Source: Trichosphaerium sp. ATCC 40318
Lineage: Eukaryota; Protista; Tubulinea
DNA length: 64,000 bases
Assembly (NCBI GenBank): GCA_038496445.1
Contig: JALMLS010000155.1
Location: 1-64,000, forward strand
Direction: 5' to 3'
The notes under the pieces are model-generated. The model searched no databases, had not been told where the DNA came from, and worked only from the letters and a program-made list of their open reading frames with translations. Below, in pieces: positions 1 through 13,300 of this stretch (position 1 is the first letter of the stretch; each line of letters begins with the position of its first letter). The translations under genes were made by a program, and so were the position numbers.

Positions 1-1120
1 CCACGAAAAGTTCAAATCTTTTAGCTGGTACTTGTTAACTTCAATCCAATAAAAAACAAAAAATTTACCGATTCTGTCGAGAATCTATTTGTTGGGCTTA
101 ACTCGTCTATGCAAACAACAAGTGGGAGATCGTGTTCCACGTTGTTGTGATAGAATATTATTGCGTTTTCTAAAGTGTCCATTTTTTTAGGAATATCATC
201 TGAGCCTACAAAGTGTTAGAACATGTTTATAAGTTCAACTTTCTTGTACCTAATTCACTTGTATTTTTTATTTCTTCAAAAAACTTGGCAAAGTCTACAC
301 AGTGTTAGAGAGAATAAATGTGAGTTCAAGCTTTGTACCTAATCCACGTGCTTTATTTATTTGCTCAAAAAAGTTTTCAATAACTTTTTTGTTGCATTCC
401 GCTTCATTGAATTTGGCATCAGACATTGGTTTGATGAATCGCACATCGATAAATACCATGTCTCCTTCGAGGATATTTTCTGCAAGCGTTGTTACAGCAG
501 CTTTATTCTTCTTTGGATCCTGACTAAATGGTGGTATATCAAAATGGTTTAATCCAGCTTCTTCTATGTAATGTAAAAGGCTGTCGAAATAGCCACTTGA
601 AAATTCATCAAAAATGTTGTCTTGCCTAAGAAACTTAAGACTCAAAAATAATACAAACAACCAAGGTAATAATAAGTACCACATCCGAAGTAAAGTCCCA
701 AAATTGGGGTGAAGTACGATTTTGGGTGTGCCTGTTGGCCAGGCCCGCTTGGTTCACTCAGGCTTATTGTGTTGCCTACAAATGTTTTCAACAGCTCGAG
801 ATAAGTGTCATAAAACAGATCCAGGATAATAACACTCTCGGTATGTTGGCCCTCTAGGCATGCTCGAAGTTGTGGCAGGTCGTCATTCACATTAAAGGTA
901 GTGTGGATGCGGGCTAAATCTCTGATGCCCTTTGAATCCAACTTCGCAAGTTCCTCAGAATCGAAACCTAGTATTGCACAGAATTAGTTTTTTCAAAGAC
1001 ATGATTGATTCGCGAAAGCGCATAGTTGCGTGTAATTACTGAATTTGATAAAATAACGTACGTAGCATAACTTTCTGCTCACCTGGTGTTGGATCAACAC
1101 TCTGGGTGTTTCTTGCCTCT
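1..1120 (-). CDS. Crinkler-like P-loop NTPase, 5' part (paralog of 50233-55620; runs off the window start; 1-nt frameshift near 587)
   Basis: Spliced exons give ...PILGLYFGC|GKTTFLMNFQ (Walker A split by an intron) and HDLPLVVCIDELSPTNRF (Walker B). Collinear with the gene at 50233-55620 and shares intron positions (MLR|F, CG|K, RGL|). Start not resolved. Confidence 0.7.
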
Positions 1121-1607
1121 AGTACTTGTTAATTGGTGTTGTGGTGTCGGTGGGCGTTGATAATATAAAAAAAGTCATGCAAATTAACAACCGCAGAATT
1201 CGCCTTCAGAAGCGTTTCATTGGCAAGGCAGAGCGTGGTATAGCTTCTGCGCGATACAAAAGTGTTTTCTACGCGCAAACACACGATTTAAGAGTGTAAA
1301 CGTACCACTATCGTTGTCCGCCATGTTGGAACCACTTCTAGGCAGTAGAGAACGTGCTGCGTTAGTGTTGGTAAGTTTAAAATGGTTTAAACATGTGTTT
1401 GGCGTAAAATCAATCATCCAAGCGGATCAATCAGCAACTACCTCAAAATACGCCACCAATAGTTTAATGGAGAAGATGACTCTACGTAATCTCTGTAGAA
1501 CGAAGTTAGTCTAGAGTCTACAAGCTTTAATCGCATGTGTCAGCGTAGACTAATCGGTGGCTTAGTTTCACTTTATTTGTGTGCTTGTAGAATTACAACT
1601 GTTTTTT

Positions 1608-4600
1608 TCAAGTTGACTGTGCTTTATGTAAAAACTTGCGCATATAAAATTTGTATGTATTCGAATCACCTCCTTCAATGTGCCACTGGACATGGCATCC
1701 TTTTTCTTCCGCTTCAAAGTACATAGTCATAAAATTCCTTTCGGTGATATGTGTGACTGATGTTCCCTTAAATTGTCTTAAATATCCTTTTGTATTAGGT
1801 GTAACATCCTGGTTATGACCAGCAGACCACTTCAAACCAAGAGCAAAAAAATTTCCTACAAGGCAAGTAAGCATTTAGTAGTCACATGAACCCCAACCTC
1901 GCTGACGAAAACCAATAAAACTTTTTTTTTGAAATGCATTTTTTTTTAAGGTACATTATATTGTAATTACCTGCAGGTCTAAATGAACCAATCCCTGATG
2001 TTGTAAAATTGTTAAATATACCACCGTTATTTGGTGGAATATTACCAAAAAGCCATAGCTTCTTAGGAACCATAACAGAGTGCGCAGCAACATGTGCATC
2101 ACCTGAAATAATAGAAACCCTACATCCGCTCTTTCGTTGAACAAATCTCTCCAGAGACTCTACAAACATCCTTCTTTCTAAGTAATGGCGATGACTTGAC
2201 CACTGGTCAAGGAAATCATCTGTGTATCGATGATTAGCTAGTTCAAGCATCTGATAAAGCGTAAGTTGAAAAACCAGAAAAAAGTTCAATTTTTTTCAAA
2301 AAAACCAATGTACCTTATCAACTACTGCACCATAATTACCGTACATCACTGGTACTGGAGACAGTACTACGAAGTGACATATGTCTTCGTTTACTAGTTT
2401 ATCCAATAACGTATCAATAGCAGACCAAGTTTCACGTGACATTACTTGTTTCTTAGATCTTTCTGATCTACAATCTAAGCTTAGTATAGCCATATCATTA
2501 ATACGATAAGTCTGACTGAAGTCTAAACAGAAACATCAATAAAATCGCATCATATAGGCGATAGTTGTACATGATTGATTCTCTAACGTAGTGGCAGGTA
2601 AGTCATCAGGGGAACATCCAAGTTGAAATAAACAAAAGGCTTCTTTTGCTGCAGCAAACAACCCCTTAAATACCGGAGATTTTTGAACATGTGGAGGGAA
2701 CTACAAACTATTAATAACCAATCAAATGACGCATGCTATTATACTATAATATACTATTACTTACACTACCGTATCCATCAAATATATCATGATCATCCCA
2801 CATCATAATACCTAAATCGAACTTCAATCAAAAAGCAACAACAAAATCTAGGGAAAAACAAATTGTACCTGGAACTTGTGCTAGAAGAGGAGCTACATTC
2901 ATTTGGCCAAATAACTCTGCATAAGTCCGCCAGTAAAAATGTCGTGCTTGTTGCTGATCTTCAGTTGAGAATGGCCACTTTGCTTTAATAGCATTACTGC
3001 TTGTTTCAAACGAAACTGTTCCTTGATGAAGACTTTTTATATCCTAAAAGAAACAAAAGTTAAAAAACCCATGTAAACCACCAGCCCTTCGACTCTGTTG
3101 GACTATTTAAACAGTATTATGTATTACATATGTACTTACTTCCCATATGTAAGGATACGGTGAGTCAGAATACACTTGATCACCAGCATGAACTAAAAGA
3201 TGAAATTTATCTTGTTTATGTTTCTCAAGCATATCTTTCCACAAAGAGAAGGCTGGCTTTCCTTCACTAGGTTTAGAGCATGTATTATTACATGAATATG
3301 CAGAAAGCCGTATATCTGTGCTGGTACCAGGCACCTATCAAAACAATTAGAAACGACGTTATAAGTCAACAGCTGTTGAACTATCTTTCGTTTTCATGTA
3401 GAAATTTCGGTATTGTATTTTTCTATTCCTAAAGCGTACAACTATGTTGTGTGACGTTTGGTTCAGTGTGTATGTTACAATATACTCAGATTCATATTGG
3501 TTCATTGTAAAATCGAAACGAAGAACTTTCATATTATCAAGTTTAGCTAATTCTATAGAATTTATAGGAGTTTGAGGTTGTGGCTCTACTGTAAGCTTTG
3601 GATCATCTAAAATCAATAATTAATTAACTTATTAGTGCTTACGCTAGAAGAACAAGAGATAGTATAAGGTACAGTTGTAAAGACCAAAATGGGTGCACGT
3701 ACCTCTGATATAAAGAGTATCGATAACTAATATGATAGCAAGTTTATAATTTGAGTTATCACAACCTCTAAATAAAACACTTGGCCCCATTACTATCCCT
3801 GTGGGTAACGGTGTACCTAATATTTATATGTTACAATAGGGATTGATAATAAACGCTAACGAAACAAAAAAGAATTGACATATATCATTCAATGAACGAA
3901 GTGTCACAATCTCGTATTGACATCAGTTTTCTTATTTCTTAATATAAAATCTCGTTTGGTTTTACTGCGTGAAGATATTTATTCACAGGTTGATTTTTGG
4001 AACACGCACCGAAGGATTGATTATCATTTATACTACCAAAACATTGTGGTTCTGGTCCACGCCATTTAAAATCACCATACAGATGTCCAGAGCCTTTAAG
4101 CTGCAAAGACCATCCGCGTTTATTGAGCCAAGGCTCTATTAAAGGTATATGATCACTATTAATACCTGAAGCAGGTCCATCACGGCCATAAAAGGACCCA
4201 GAACCTGTTTAATTAAATCAGATGAAACAAGGTGCATTGGAATAGAAGAACTTGCCACCATAGCTCACGAAATGTACTAATTCAGCGTTCTCGTTTACTA
4301 GAGCGATACCAGCTTGCTGAGGTAGCGTCATAGGTATGTGTACTACACCGAAGCCATTCTGTAAGTCTGGTATGGTGCCTTTCGTTTAATTATTAGTTTA
4401 ATACTATTGTACTGTACCACGAGGTACCTGCTAGCGTCACATTGCTCGTTGCTTTGCCGTCGTGTTCACTATACAAAACAATTTGCCAATCAGTTAGATT
4501 TGTATCTAAATTATCAATTTATGCCTGTTAATGATATTGACAAGCGCAAATCGCGTGTAGACTCGAAAAATACGTATTTCTACTCTAACACAATGAAAAG

Positions 4601-4703
4601 TACCTGAAGGACCAGCGATCTCTATAGCTTGTCCAGTTGTAACACCCCAGTTGTAGTAGTGTAATTCGTTAAAAAATACGTGCGCTTTATCATCTAAACT
4701 CAT
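1608..4703 (-). CDS. Lamin-tail-like (LTD) domain fused to a PhoD-like metallophosphatase, multi-exon
   Basis: N-terminal exons VFFNELHYYNWGVTTGQAIEIAGPS|DTNLTDWQIVLY...GTIPDLQNGFG...SLQLKGSG join through GTGCGT...AG intron 3817-4009 to exons carrying PhoD motifs HAGDQVYSD, MWDDHDIFDGYGS, LDCRSER and IISGDAHVA. Confidence 0.8.
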
Positions 4704-5046
4704 TAATAGGCCAACTCAATGCGACAGCTGTAAAGTTAACGTATCAATAAAAGAAAAACGCACTATTATGGATCATACTCCTATCTGATACACCAACGTT
4801 AATGTCAGCGTAGACAAAATAGCCAGGTGGTACTAATAATAACAATATCGTTGTTTGCGGTCAATAGATGTCTTATTCCGAGCAATCTTGTTTCTGATTG
4901 AGCGTACAATAATGACAAGCTTCTAATACGCCTCCACAATTTAATCTAATTCCACGAACAATCGTAAACGAATCACCAGCGCTACAGTACGTAAATCCAA
5001 CCTAGCAGGTTTGGCGATGGCGTTATGTAACTGCTTTACTCTACAG

Positions 5047-5931
5047 ATGCAGTGGCCGAAGTTTAAAGTGGCAGTTGTTGGTGACTACGGTGTTGGCAAA
5101 GAATCTCTCGTGAGCAGCCTTAGAGATCATGATTCTAAGCATAAGTACATTGGTAGTCACCTCATAAGTCTACAACCATACTAAAATAAATACTAGCAAC
5201 TCTTACAAGCGTAGTAGATGAAATACCATTGTTCACATCACGTGGTAAAATAATTTTACAGCTATTTCAGCTCAAAAGCTCAGAAAAGTTTGGTCGACCA
5301 AGAGATGCGTTCTAGTATGTGTTTCACTGTAACGAGCCTAAAAGTCGGAGACTTATATCTCTAGTGCAAACTCTGGTGGTGCAATTATCATGTTTGCTGT
5401 TAATTCACGTGTTACGTATAAGAATACACCAAGCTGGTGGAAAGATATTTCTCGAGTGTGTAGTATCCCTATTGTTATGGTAGGTAACAAAATAGACTTA
5501 CGACCTCATAAGGTACAACAAGCGACCCCTTATAGTACTCATCTATTGACAAATAGGTGCCTCACAGAGTGATATTGTATCCTGCCAGGAAAGGTCTTGA
5601 GTACTTCCCGATGTCAGGTACTTTGAAGAAAAAAGCAAGAAACAATTGCTTCCACTATTATCCATTAATGGGTGCTAGTAAAAGAAGATTTTAATACATT
5701 AGAACCATTCCTTCACCTACTTAGAAAGATTGTCGGGTACGCAACAAGTCAAAACCTCTAAAATTGAACTGATTCTTCTTAAAAAAAAACAGAGATGAAA
5801 AGTTATCCATTGTTAAGCCTCCAGCGTTCCAAATACCATCCAACATAGATCTCAACCATGTTAAAGATATGACTCAAACTATCTCACAAGCACAGAAAGT
5901 GCCCATCGCAACATACGAAGATGACATTTAA
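5047..5931 (+). CDS. Divergent Ran-like small GTPase (probable pseudo-GTPase), 6 exons
   Basis: [76 protein letters not shown] and acidic end YEDDI* all align with Ran. Confidence 0.85.
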
Positions 5932-6778
5932 AGCAAAAAGGACCAATTGATCATCCTTGATAAATTACCCCTGTATACTTTCTAGATCTTTTTGCACATG
6001 ATTGTTACCACATTTGATACCTTGGTATGGTTTATATTGACTGTTCCTTAAATACGTCTGCACGTGCTACTACGCAAGCTGACTTTTTTTTTTGAAAGCG
6101 TTTACACTTTTACTTTACAGATTCCGGAAAGGTTTACTGGTAATAAAAACAGTGAATCGTAATAGTGTAGGGTTCGTGGTAGCTGCCAACAAACAATGAA
6201 AAGTGCTAAATACGCTAGTAGGGTACATAGGTAGCTCTGTAACAAAAAACCCGATAAAAGCACGCCCCTTTTGTTTCACCATAACCCGCACTTCTAAGTA
6301 ATAGAAACAAATTTACCATGAAATGCGCACAATGTATCGTGCTTACGGCAGCTAGTTGTTCTATTTTTAAGTAAATTATTGATCACCTGACGATTGTTCA
6401 GGTTCAGAACCACCTAAAAGAGGCTAATGTTTTTTATTATTCGCAATCTAATGTGCACTGTCACGAAAATCAGAAAACATTTCGCACGTGATTTCGAATG
6501 GTAAGAAGGGTGCCTATCGGATAACTAAATTGTTATCTTCTGTGTAACGTATATGAAATCAGTATGAGACTTCGTATGCCGTCATGATAGAATTCTTATC
6601 GCTAGTTGTCGCTAGTGAATAAATCGTACTACACATAAAGATGAACTAATTTTGAGTGTTAGCCCAAGCTGTTTGATTTGGGTTTCGAAGGTTTCCCTGG
6701 AATACCCTGGTAGCAATAGTTCACATAAGATTAACAAGCAGTATAACCAAAAACAAATATCGCAAGCACTCACAGCAC

Positions 6779-9010
6779 ATGATCAGGATACTTACAATAT
6801 GTAACTAAACTGAAACAGGTTGTTATTTTTATTTTACTCACCTTCGATTAGTATCGCTGGCTCTTGTTGTTTGTTGTTGGGACCAAGAATACTGGGATAA
6901 CACGAAACATTTTGATGTTATCGATGAAAGTACGATCGATTGAGCAGTATTATTTCCCTACTTTTAAACGTATTATTGACACGCACGTGGTAGTATCATT
7001 TCAACCTTTCGAAGGGTTAAAGAGAGGGTCAAAAGATGGAGAGATGATTTTCAAGTTCGAAAATGGTAAAAACTGGACTTTTACTTGCGTTCAACACTCC
7101 ATCTTTTCTCACAATGCCAAGGTACACCTACAAGCATTACATTTTGCGCCTAATAATATTGTTAGATTGTTGTACAGGGTGGAGGGAACAAGACTTTTCT
7201 TCCAATCCCGTCAAATACGTACAAAGCAGTTGGCGATTTTCATCTTGATTTACGATTCATCACACGTGATGATGGTACCTTCACTGGAGGATTTACGTTA
7301 AATAATACACGCATTACTTTCGACGCTGTATCAAGGTACAAAATTCTGGCCTTCATTTAGCTAACACGTGTTTTCTCAGGCACAAAAGGTTCATGTCGAA
7401 AACTCACCTATCCAAAGCTGGAGGTGCATCATACTTACTATTGAGGTAAAGTTGTGTCCTATCTCTGTACTAATTACCAATAGAGAATCTATCAGCTCGC
7501 CAATCAAGATGGATATCCAACACTCAATCAATAAAAGGTACAAAACCACAAATGCTGACAACGTTTTTAATTCGAACTGTACCAGAGGCATACCAGAAGG
7601 CGATACGCTTCCTTTTTCACCACCGCCACTACCTTGTCCACAATCCAAACGAGAGCTTACTCTTGCTATTGCCGCCAATGTTGGATTCCAAGTAAAAACA
7701 GGAACTGCTGCTGAAACAATAGCATATATTCAAACAGGTACTTTGTTAGTTCGTATTGTTTTTTATTCCTAAAGTTCTATTTACAGCTATGTTGGATGTT
7801 GGCGTCTTTTATGAATCTGACTTTGTACTAAATCTCTCGTTCTTTGTTATACCCTTACGCTATAATTAGAATCTTCGTGTGACTATTGTAGCACTTGAAG
7901 TCAGAACAGCACCTGGTACAGTACTCTTGTTTGTTGTTATATAAGAAGGCTTATCTCTTTCAGGACCCGAATCATGGAATACATATTCTTATGCGGCAGG
8001 CGTGTGCCCTCCAGGAATATTGTTTAGATTCCAAAATTGGCGATCTGACTTGAACGTCCCATCAAATACTGCAGCAGGTATTATTTTACACGATTGCCGA
8101 CACAATCATATTATTGGATCTGCGACTTCAAACAACTTATGTGTACGCAGAACATTGCTAATTACATAATTTACTTAACGTTTTATAGACTTCATCAATG
8201 GCTGAGTGCTCTTGGCTAAATGCTCACCGATTGAGACGTTGTATTGGTCATGAGATTGGTCACAGTTCAGGATGTAATCACGATGTAGATGGTATCATGG
8301 CAGGTCTTTCAAATAATCCGTAAGATTACTCTCAATACAACTGCTTCATTGACTTGATTTAGAGACTATAAGATAGATAGGTTCTCACGTATCTCTCAAG
8401 CACAATGCTGTAGTAGAATTCAAAATTTTGTTGCAAACGGTTGCTTGCCGCCATACAACGGACCTACTTCGATACCAAGCAACAATATGTTTAGTATCAG
8501 AAAGAGTAATAAGATGATTTTTGCTTTGGACGGAGGCAATGGTGGAGCAAATGGGCACGACGCACGTGATTTTATTGATGTTCAAGTAATATCGTAAGTG
8601 ACTTGTGTTTCTAGGTGTATTTGTGGAGCTACAGAGTAACGAACTACAATCAGCATTGGATTGAATTACCTCAGGGCAATGGTCTTTTTTCTTATCAAAA
8701 GAGAAATACTCAGTTTTGTCTTGATGGCGGTTATAACGGCAACTTACACTTGTGGGCGTGTAACACTAACCATCCGAACCAACGATTTCAAAAAACTGTC
8801 CTATCAAATGGCAATATTGTACTTAAACTTTTACATCTTAGCCCTCCGAGAGCAATTGATGGAGGTGTTGGTGGTGCAAGGCGTCAGAGCGTAAGTTCAA
8901 GTGATTTTTTATAAAATAGTTTTTTTACCTCTTATTGTTGCTAGGTTAAAATGCAACCAATAACTAATATTGGTGATCAACAGTGGGTATTTGTTCGTGT
9001 TACTGAATAG
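6779..9010 (+). CDS. Secreted metzincin (reprolysin/M12B-like) metalloprotease with C-terminal ricin-B lectin domain
   Basis: Signal peptide MIRILTILSLALVVCC; HEIGHSSGCNHD zinc motif at ~8249 followed by Met-turn GIMAG; ricin QxW-type repeats (LWSY..NQHW, LWACN..NQRF, DQQW). Confidence 0.85.
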
Positions 9011-9463
9011 CAATAGCAATAAAAATAGTTAGCTAAGCTTAGCGCATCTGTAATCTTGTTTTTAATACCTTTTTGAAATCTAACTATGTTGGATGTTGTT
9101 ATCCCCAAGCTGAGGACTGTTGCACCAAGCACTGATATTATTTCATATAACATGTGGTCATTTTAAACACCGAACCATCTAACATAATGTAATTAATTTA
9201 CTAAGAGAGCCAAAATGCCACATAGACAATCAAGCGGAAATTGCAACTTTTCTCAAAAACCGGTACAGCTTACGATAATCTCACTACTAATCGATGGTTG
9301 AAAAACTACTAATTGTTGTAGAGTTAGTATGCCAATATGTGACGTTTAGCCTCAGGGAGTCACATGTGTTCAAACAATCCCGACAACTTTTCAACGAATG
9401 ATCACGTGTCAAAGAAAAAAATAAGATTCTACTTGTAAACTACCTTTGTATTGTAGTTTGGGT

Positions 9464-10031
9464 TCAATTAGGTTCTAACATACATTCTGGAGTGTTGAAA
9501 CAGAAGTTTGAGCAAACACGACCAACACAATTTGAAGCAAAAATACATGGGTTTTGTTGTGATAGTCGGAAGCATCTTCTTTGAGTTCTACATCTTTGTT
9601 GAACAGGTCTTGTTGGCGGGTCAGTTTGTCCTTGAACGATGATTGTAGAAACAGTCGGAGGGTTACAAAAGGCTGCAGTTCCTTGTCTGTACAATAAAAT
9701 AGTTAGAGGTTATTTGTTATCAAAAAAAAGGATGAGTTCTGTTGCGTACATGTTGCTTCCTTCATTTGATCGAATTGGAGGATTTTCATTTGCACCTGTT
9801 GTGATACTTGCAGCCAAGTCATCAACTTGACCAGGAGCGATCATTTCTAGTTCTTACCTGCTTCCAAAGTGTAAAGTACACTTCTTCTGTAAAGACTTTT
9901 TTCCGTTAAATTTTGGAACAAGTGAAGTATTGCAACAGTTACCTATCGTGTTGACCTCACGTTGCTTTTTTTTAATATCACTACAGTACCGAAAAACTCA
10001 ACAATGAGTATGAAGGTTTTAGAAAATGCAT
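9464..10031 (-). CDS. Small cysteine-rich protein; exon structure and start uncertain
   Basis: The last exon is Cys-rich (FCNPP...CRTQRRCF...PCIFASNCVGRVCSNFCFNTPEC) and follows a GTACGC...CAG intron. The upstream frame is broken near 9855. Confidence 0.4.
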
Positions 10032-10302
10032 TATACTCAATGTAATAGACGAGTCTCCTATGTTAGTGTAACTCAAAGAGTTTTTGTTCTACCAAATATT
10101 AACCGAATGCCAATTTTGTTTTGTCTTAGGATTCGTGCTGGGTTTTCTGGAATGAAGGTGAGAAATTAGAGTGTTTGGGCTGTCAGTAGATAACCAAAGT
10201 TAGTTCTTAAAGTGAAAAACAAATGACAGAGTAGCGTAAAGAAGTACTACCGCGTAGTTTCCAAAAAAAAATGGTTTGGATTTTTTTAATTGTTTTAGTT
10301 GT

Positions 10303-13300
10303 TTATTTTGATCGTCCATTAAGTCTTATTGACTGAGCTTCTTCTCTATTTAAGCGTTCTAGATAGTATCTATATTTTACCAGATCTCCATTAGGATAAC
10401 GCACAAATGCAGTCGCACTAGAAACGAAGAAATGAGTATCAAGTCAAAAAAACTCAAGAAATTGATCAAAAAGAATATCTAACACCACATACGTGTTACC
10501 AATTAGCTCTCCTGATTGAGCACAGTATGTATCCTCTCTTATCATAACGTGATTGGACTGCTCTATTAATAATTCTTTTCTAACCTAAACCCAAAAAATT
10601 AACCCTGATTTCGTCCGTGGATTTTTTTGATTCGAAAACGAGAGATTACCCGCATTGACTCTGTCTTTAGGATGTTCATCTCTATTTGATAGTTTCTCTT
10701 CTTTTGGTTCATATCACGATGTACAGACTCCAAATACGGATATAACTTGGATAAGGGAGTATCAAGAGGTAGTAAATCGAGAGCCTAATATTGTTATTAA
10801 AATAAGAATAAATTAAGAAAATAGACTTTAAATTCTTTGGCTTTGGTTTTGTTTTACGTACGCTCGGTGTATCAATCTTACTAAAGTGTGTATTCAACAA
10901 GGCAAATGCTGCTTCCTGAAACAAAGTACGTCAAAAGAAGTAAACGAAAAGAAAAACCTTGACAACTGGCACGTACGAGCAGATCACTACGAGGCGCAAA
11001 AGTACCCCTAAGACGCTCTTTATCTGTAAAATATACTTTCAAAAGGCTTAAATATACATCCTTATTTCCTTCTCTATCAGGGTCGTATTGCTCAGCACAG
11101 TATCTCAAAAGTTAAACGAAAACAAAATCAACAAAAAATGAAAGAAAAAAGAGAAAGAGGATACTTTTCAGCTGCCGTGAAATCGAATAAATACAATGCA
11201 TATTCTCTTAATGCAGATTCATGTTGTCCAATACGACTAAATAATATAGCACGCTCATCATGAAGTTGTAATTTCTTCAAGTCTTCAGTGTACTTTGTCA
11301 TAATTTGCTCCGGACGATAAAATTGTGAGTTTTTCAAAAAATGGCAAATATTGTTTCGAAGATCTTTAAGAGGACCATGTTCTGATCCAGCAATAGGCGG
11401 TGGATCATTAGGATCACCTAATGATACTTTAGTATAAAAATCTTTTACTTCAAGCGAAGACAAGTCTTATTTTCTGTTCAAACAAAAAAGAAAAAGACGT
11501 ACTAGCCAACTTAGCATCTCGTTTCAAGTTGAACACTTTGGCGAAGTAACCATGTGCCAACTCATTGTGAATTTCTGTATCCTTGTTTCCAAGATCATGA
11601 ACTAAAAATTCGAGGTATTGTATAACTATAGAAGGTGCATAAAGCTTCAAGTGCTTAAGTACTAAATCTGCAGGTAAATTTGATGCCTCTCCACGATCTG
11701 CTGTAAAGATCTATTGTACCGTTAGTCGGTTGAACTTGAACCACGTGTATACGCAAACACCAGTAACGGAAGTATTCAAATATATCAAAACAACAAACGG
11801 AAACCTCAAGGAGGCCCAGAGATGGAGATTTTCGAATAATTAGTTTTACGGGAAAAAAAAAAAGTTTGAGTCTGTTCATACCTTTAAGCCTGCTTCTGGT
11901 TCTGTTTTTAGAATCCATACAGAGAATTCCAAAATCAGTTTGGTATGCTCTTTTTTAAGGTGCTTTATCATGTAAGCTACTGTACGTTTTGTTCCCTTCA
12001 TGGACGGAAACCCATTACGTTCACCCATCCTATATTTTTTGTCAATACACATGGTTATAAACGTGATATTTCTCACTGTTTTAAATGCTCCAAAGCGGTT
12101 CTGTGCATATGCTTTGATGAGTATAATTCAATCAATTCAGCGTAGCTCTATAAATAGTTGGTAAGGATTGATTTGATTTTGTTGCTGTACCTTCGCTGAT
12201 TTAAGGATTGATTCAGATTGCTTCAAGTGTACAGAATTAGGGACATGTAAGAACGGTTCTACTATTCCAGGTCGTAATTTAACATATCCTAGAAGCATAG
12301 TAGTCTCAATTATTTGTATAGGGTCCTATATTAAAGGCATCAGAGAATGGTAAGCTAGCATACAACATACGATAGTTTGGCTCCATTCTTTTTGCTTCGC
12401 AGGATCATTGGAATCCAAAACGTGGCCACCACGCTTTTTACGCCATTCAGCGCGGACAAGATTAAGATAATACAATAGTGCATCAAGAGCTTCAGTCAAT
12501 TTGGCGCCAACTTTTGAAGAGATGTAAGAAGAAGAACAACGCAGTAAAAAAAGAACACATAAAAAGAAAGGGTAGTAACAAGTGCTTACCTAGTGGATGT
12601 ACAGGCACTGGGTACTTGAATCTCTTTGAAATACCGCTTGGTAGGTAACCTGGGAAAAGACCAATAACTTGTAATGGATCAACCTTCTCCTGGCTGAATA
12701 ATTCCATAGCTTTTGCAAAACGCTCCTTAACACAAAATAGATCATAAGCACGTTGAACACGGACTTCATGTATCTTTTCTTCCTACACCAAAAAAAACGG
12801 TTAAAACACGTGACATAATTATAATAAAAGAACTATACCTTATTGTCAATTAAATCGTCTGCTACGTTATTTAGTAAATCCTCAGCTTGTTCATACTCTT
12901 TCTTTCTGATTAACATGGATACTTGCGTTTCAAGGTTTACAGGTTCTAATCGCCAAACACTGACACGATTTGCAGCGAATACTATAGCTGGTCTATCACC
13001 TTAATAATAACGTTAGGGCTCGGTTCAATTAGTACATGTTGGTAATCATACCATGGCCAGCAGTAGCGATATATTTTGGTTCATGAGTTGCAACAACTTG
13101 AACAAGTTGTCTTTTACCGAACATCATTTTGACTTCAAGGTACTTTTTAAGCAAGCCAATAACATAAGGAAACGAGTAACCAACATTCGTTGGACATTCA
13201 CTCCAACTTATACCATTTTCTCCAATTGGTTTTCCATTGTAATCAAGGAAAATACTAACATCTACAAAAAGTTGTCAACACACTGATTCGAACTTGTCTT

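Noticed and set aside
4704-4990. Apparent additional upstream exons of the LTD-PhoD gene
   Set aside because: They splice into a frame that stops at once (TTT AGA TGA). The ATG at 4703 already sits just before the domain start.
11460-11475. AAATAAG resembling a Euplotes-type AAA-TAA +1 frameshift site in VPS39
   Set aside because: The TAA is not in the incoming reading frame, and an alternative AAG acceptor explains the junction.
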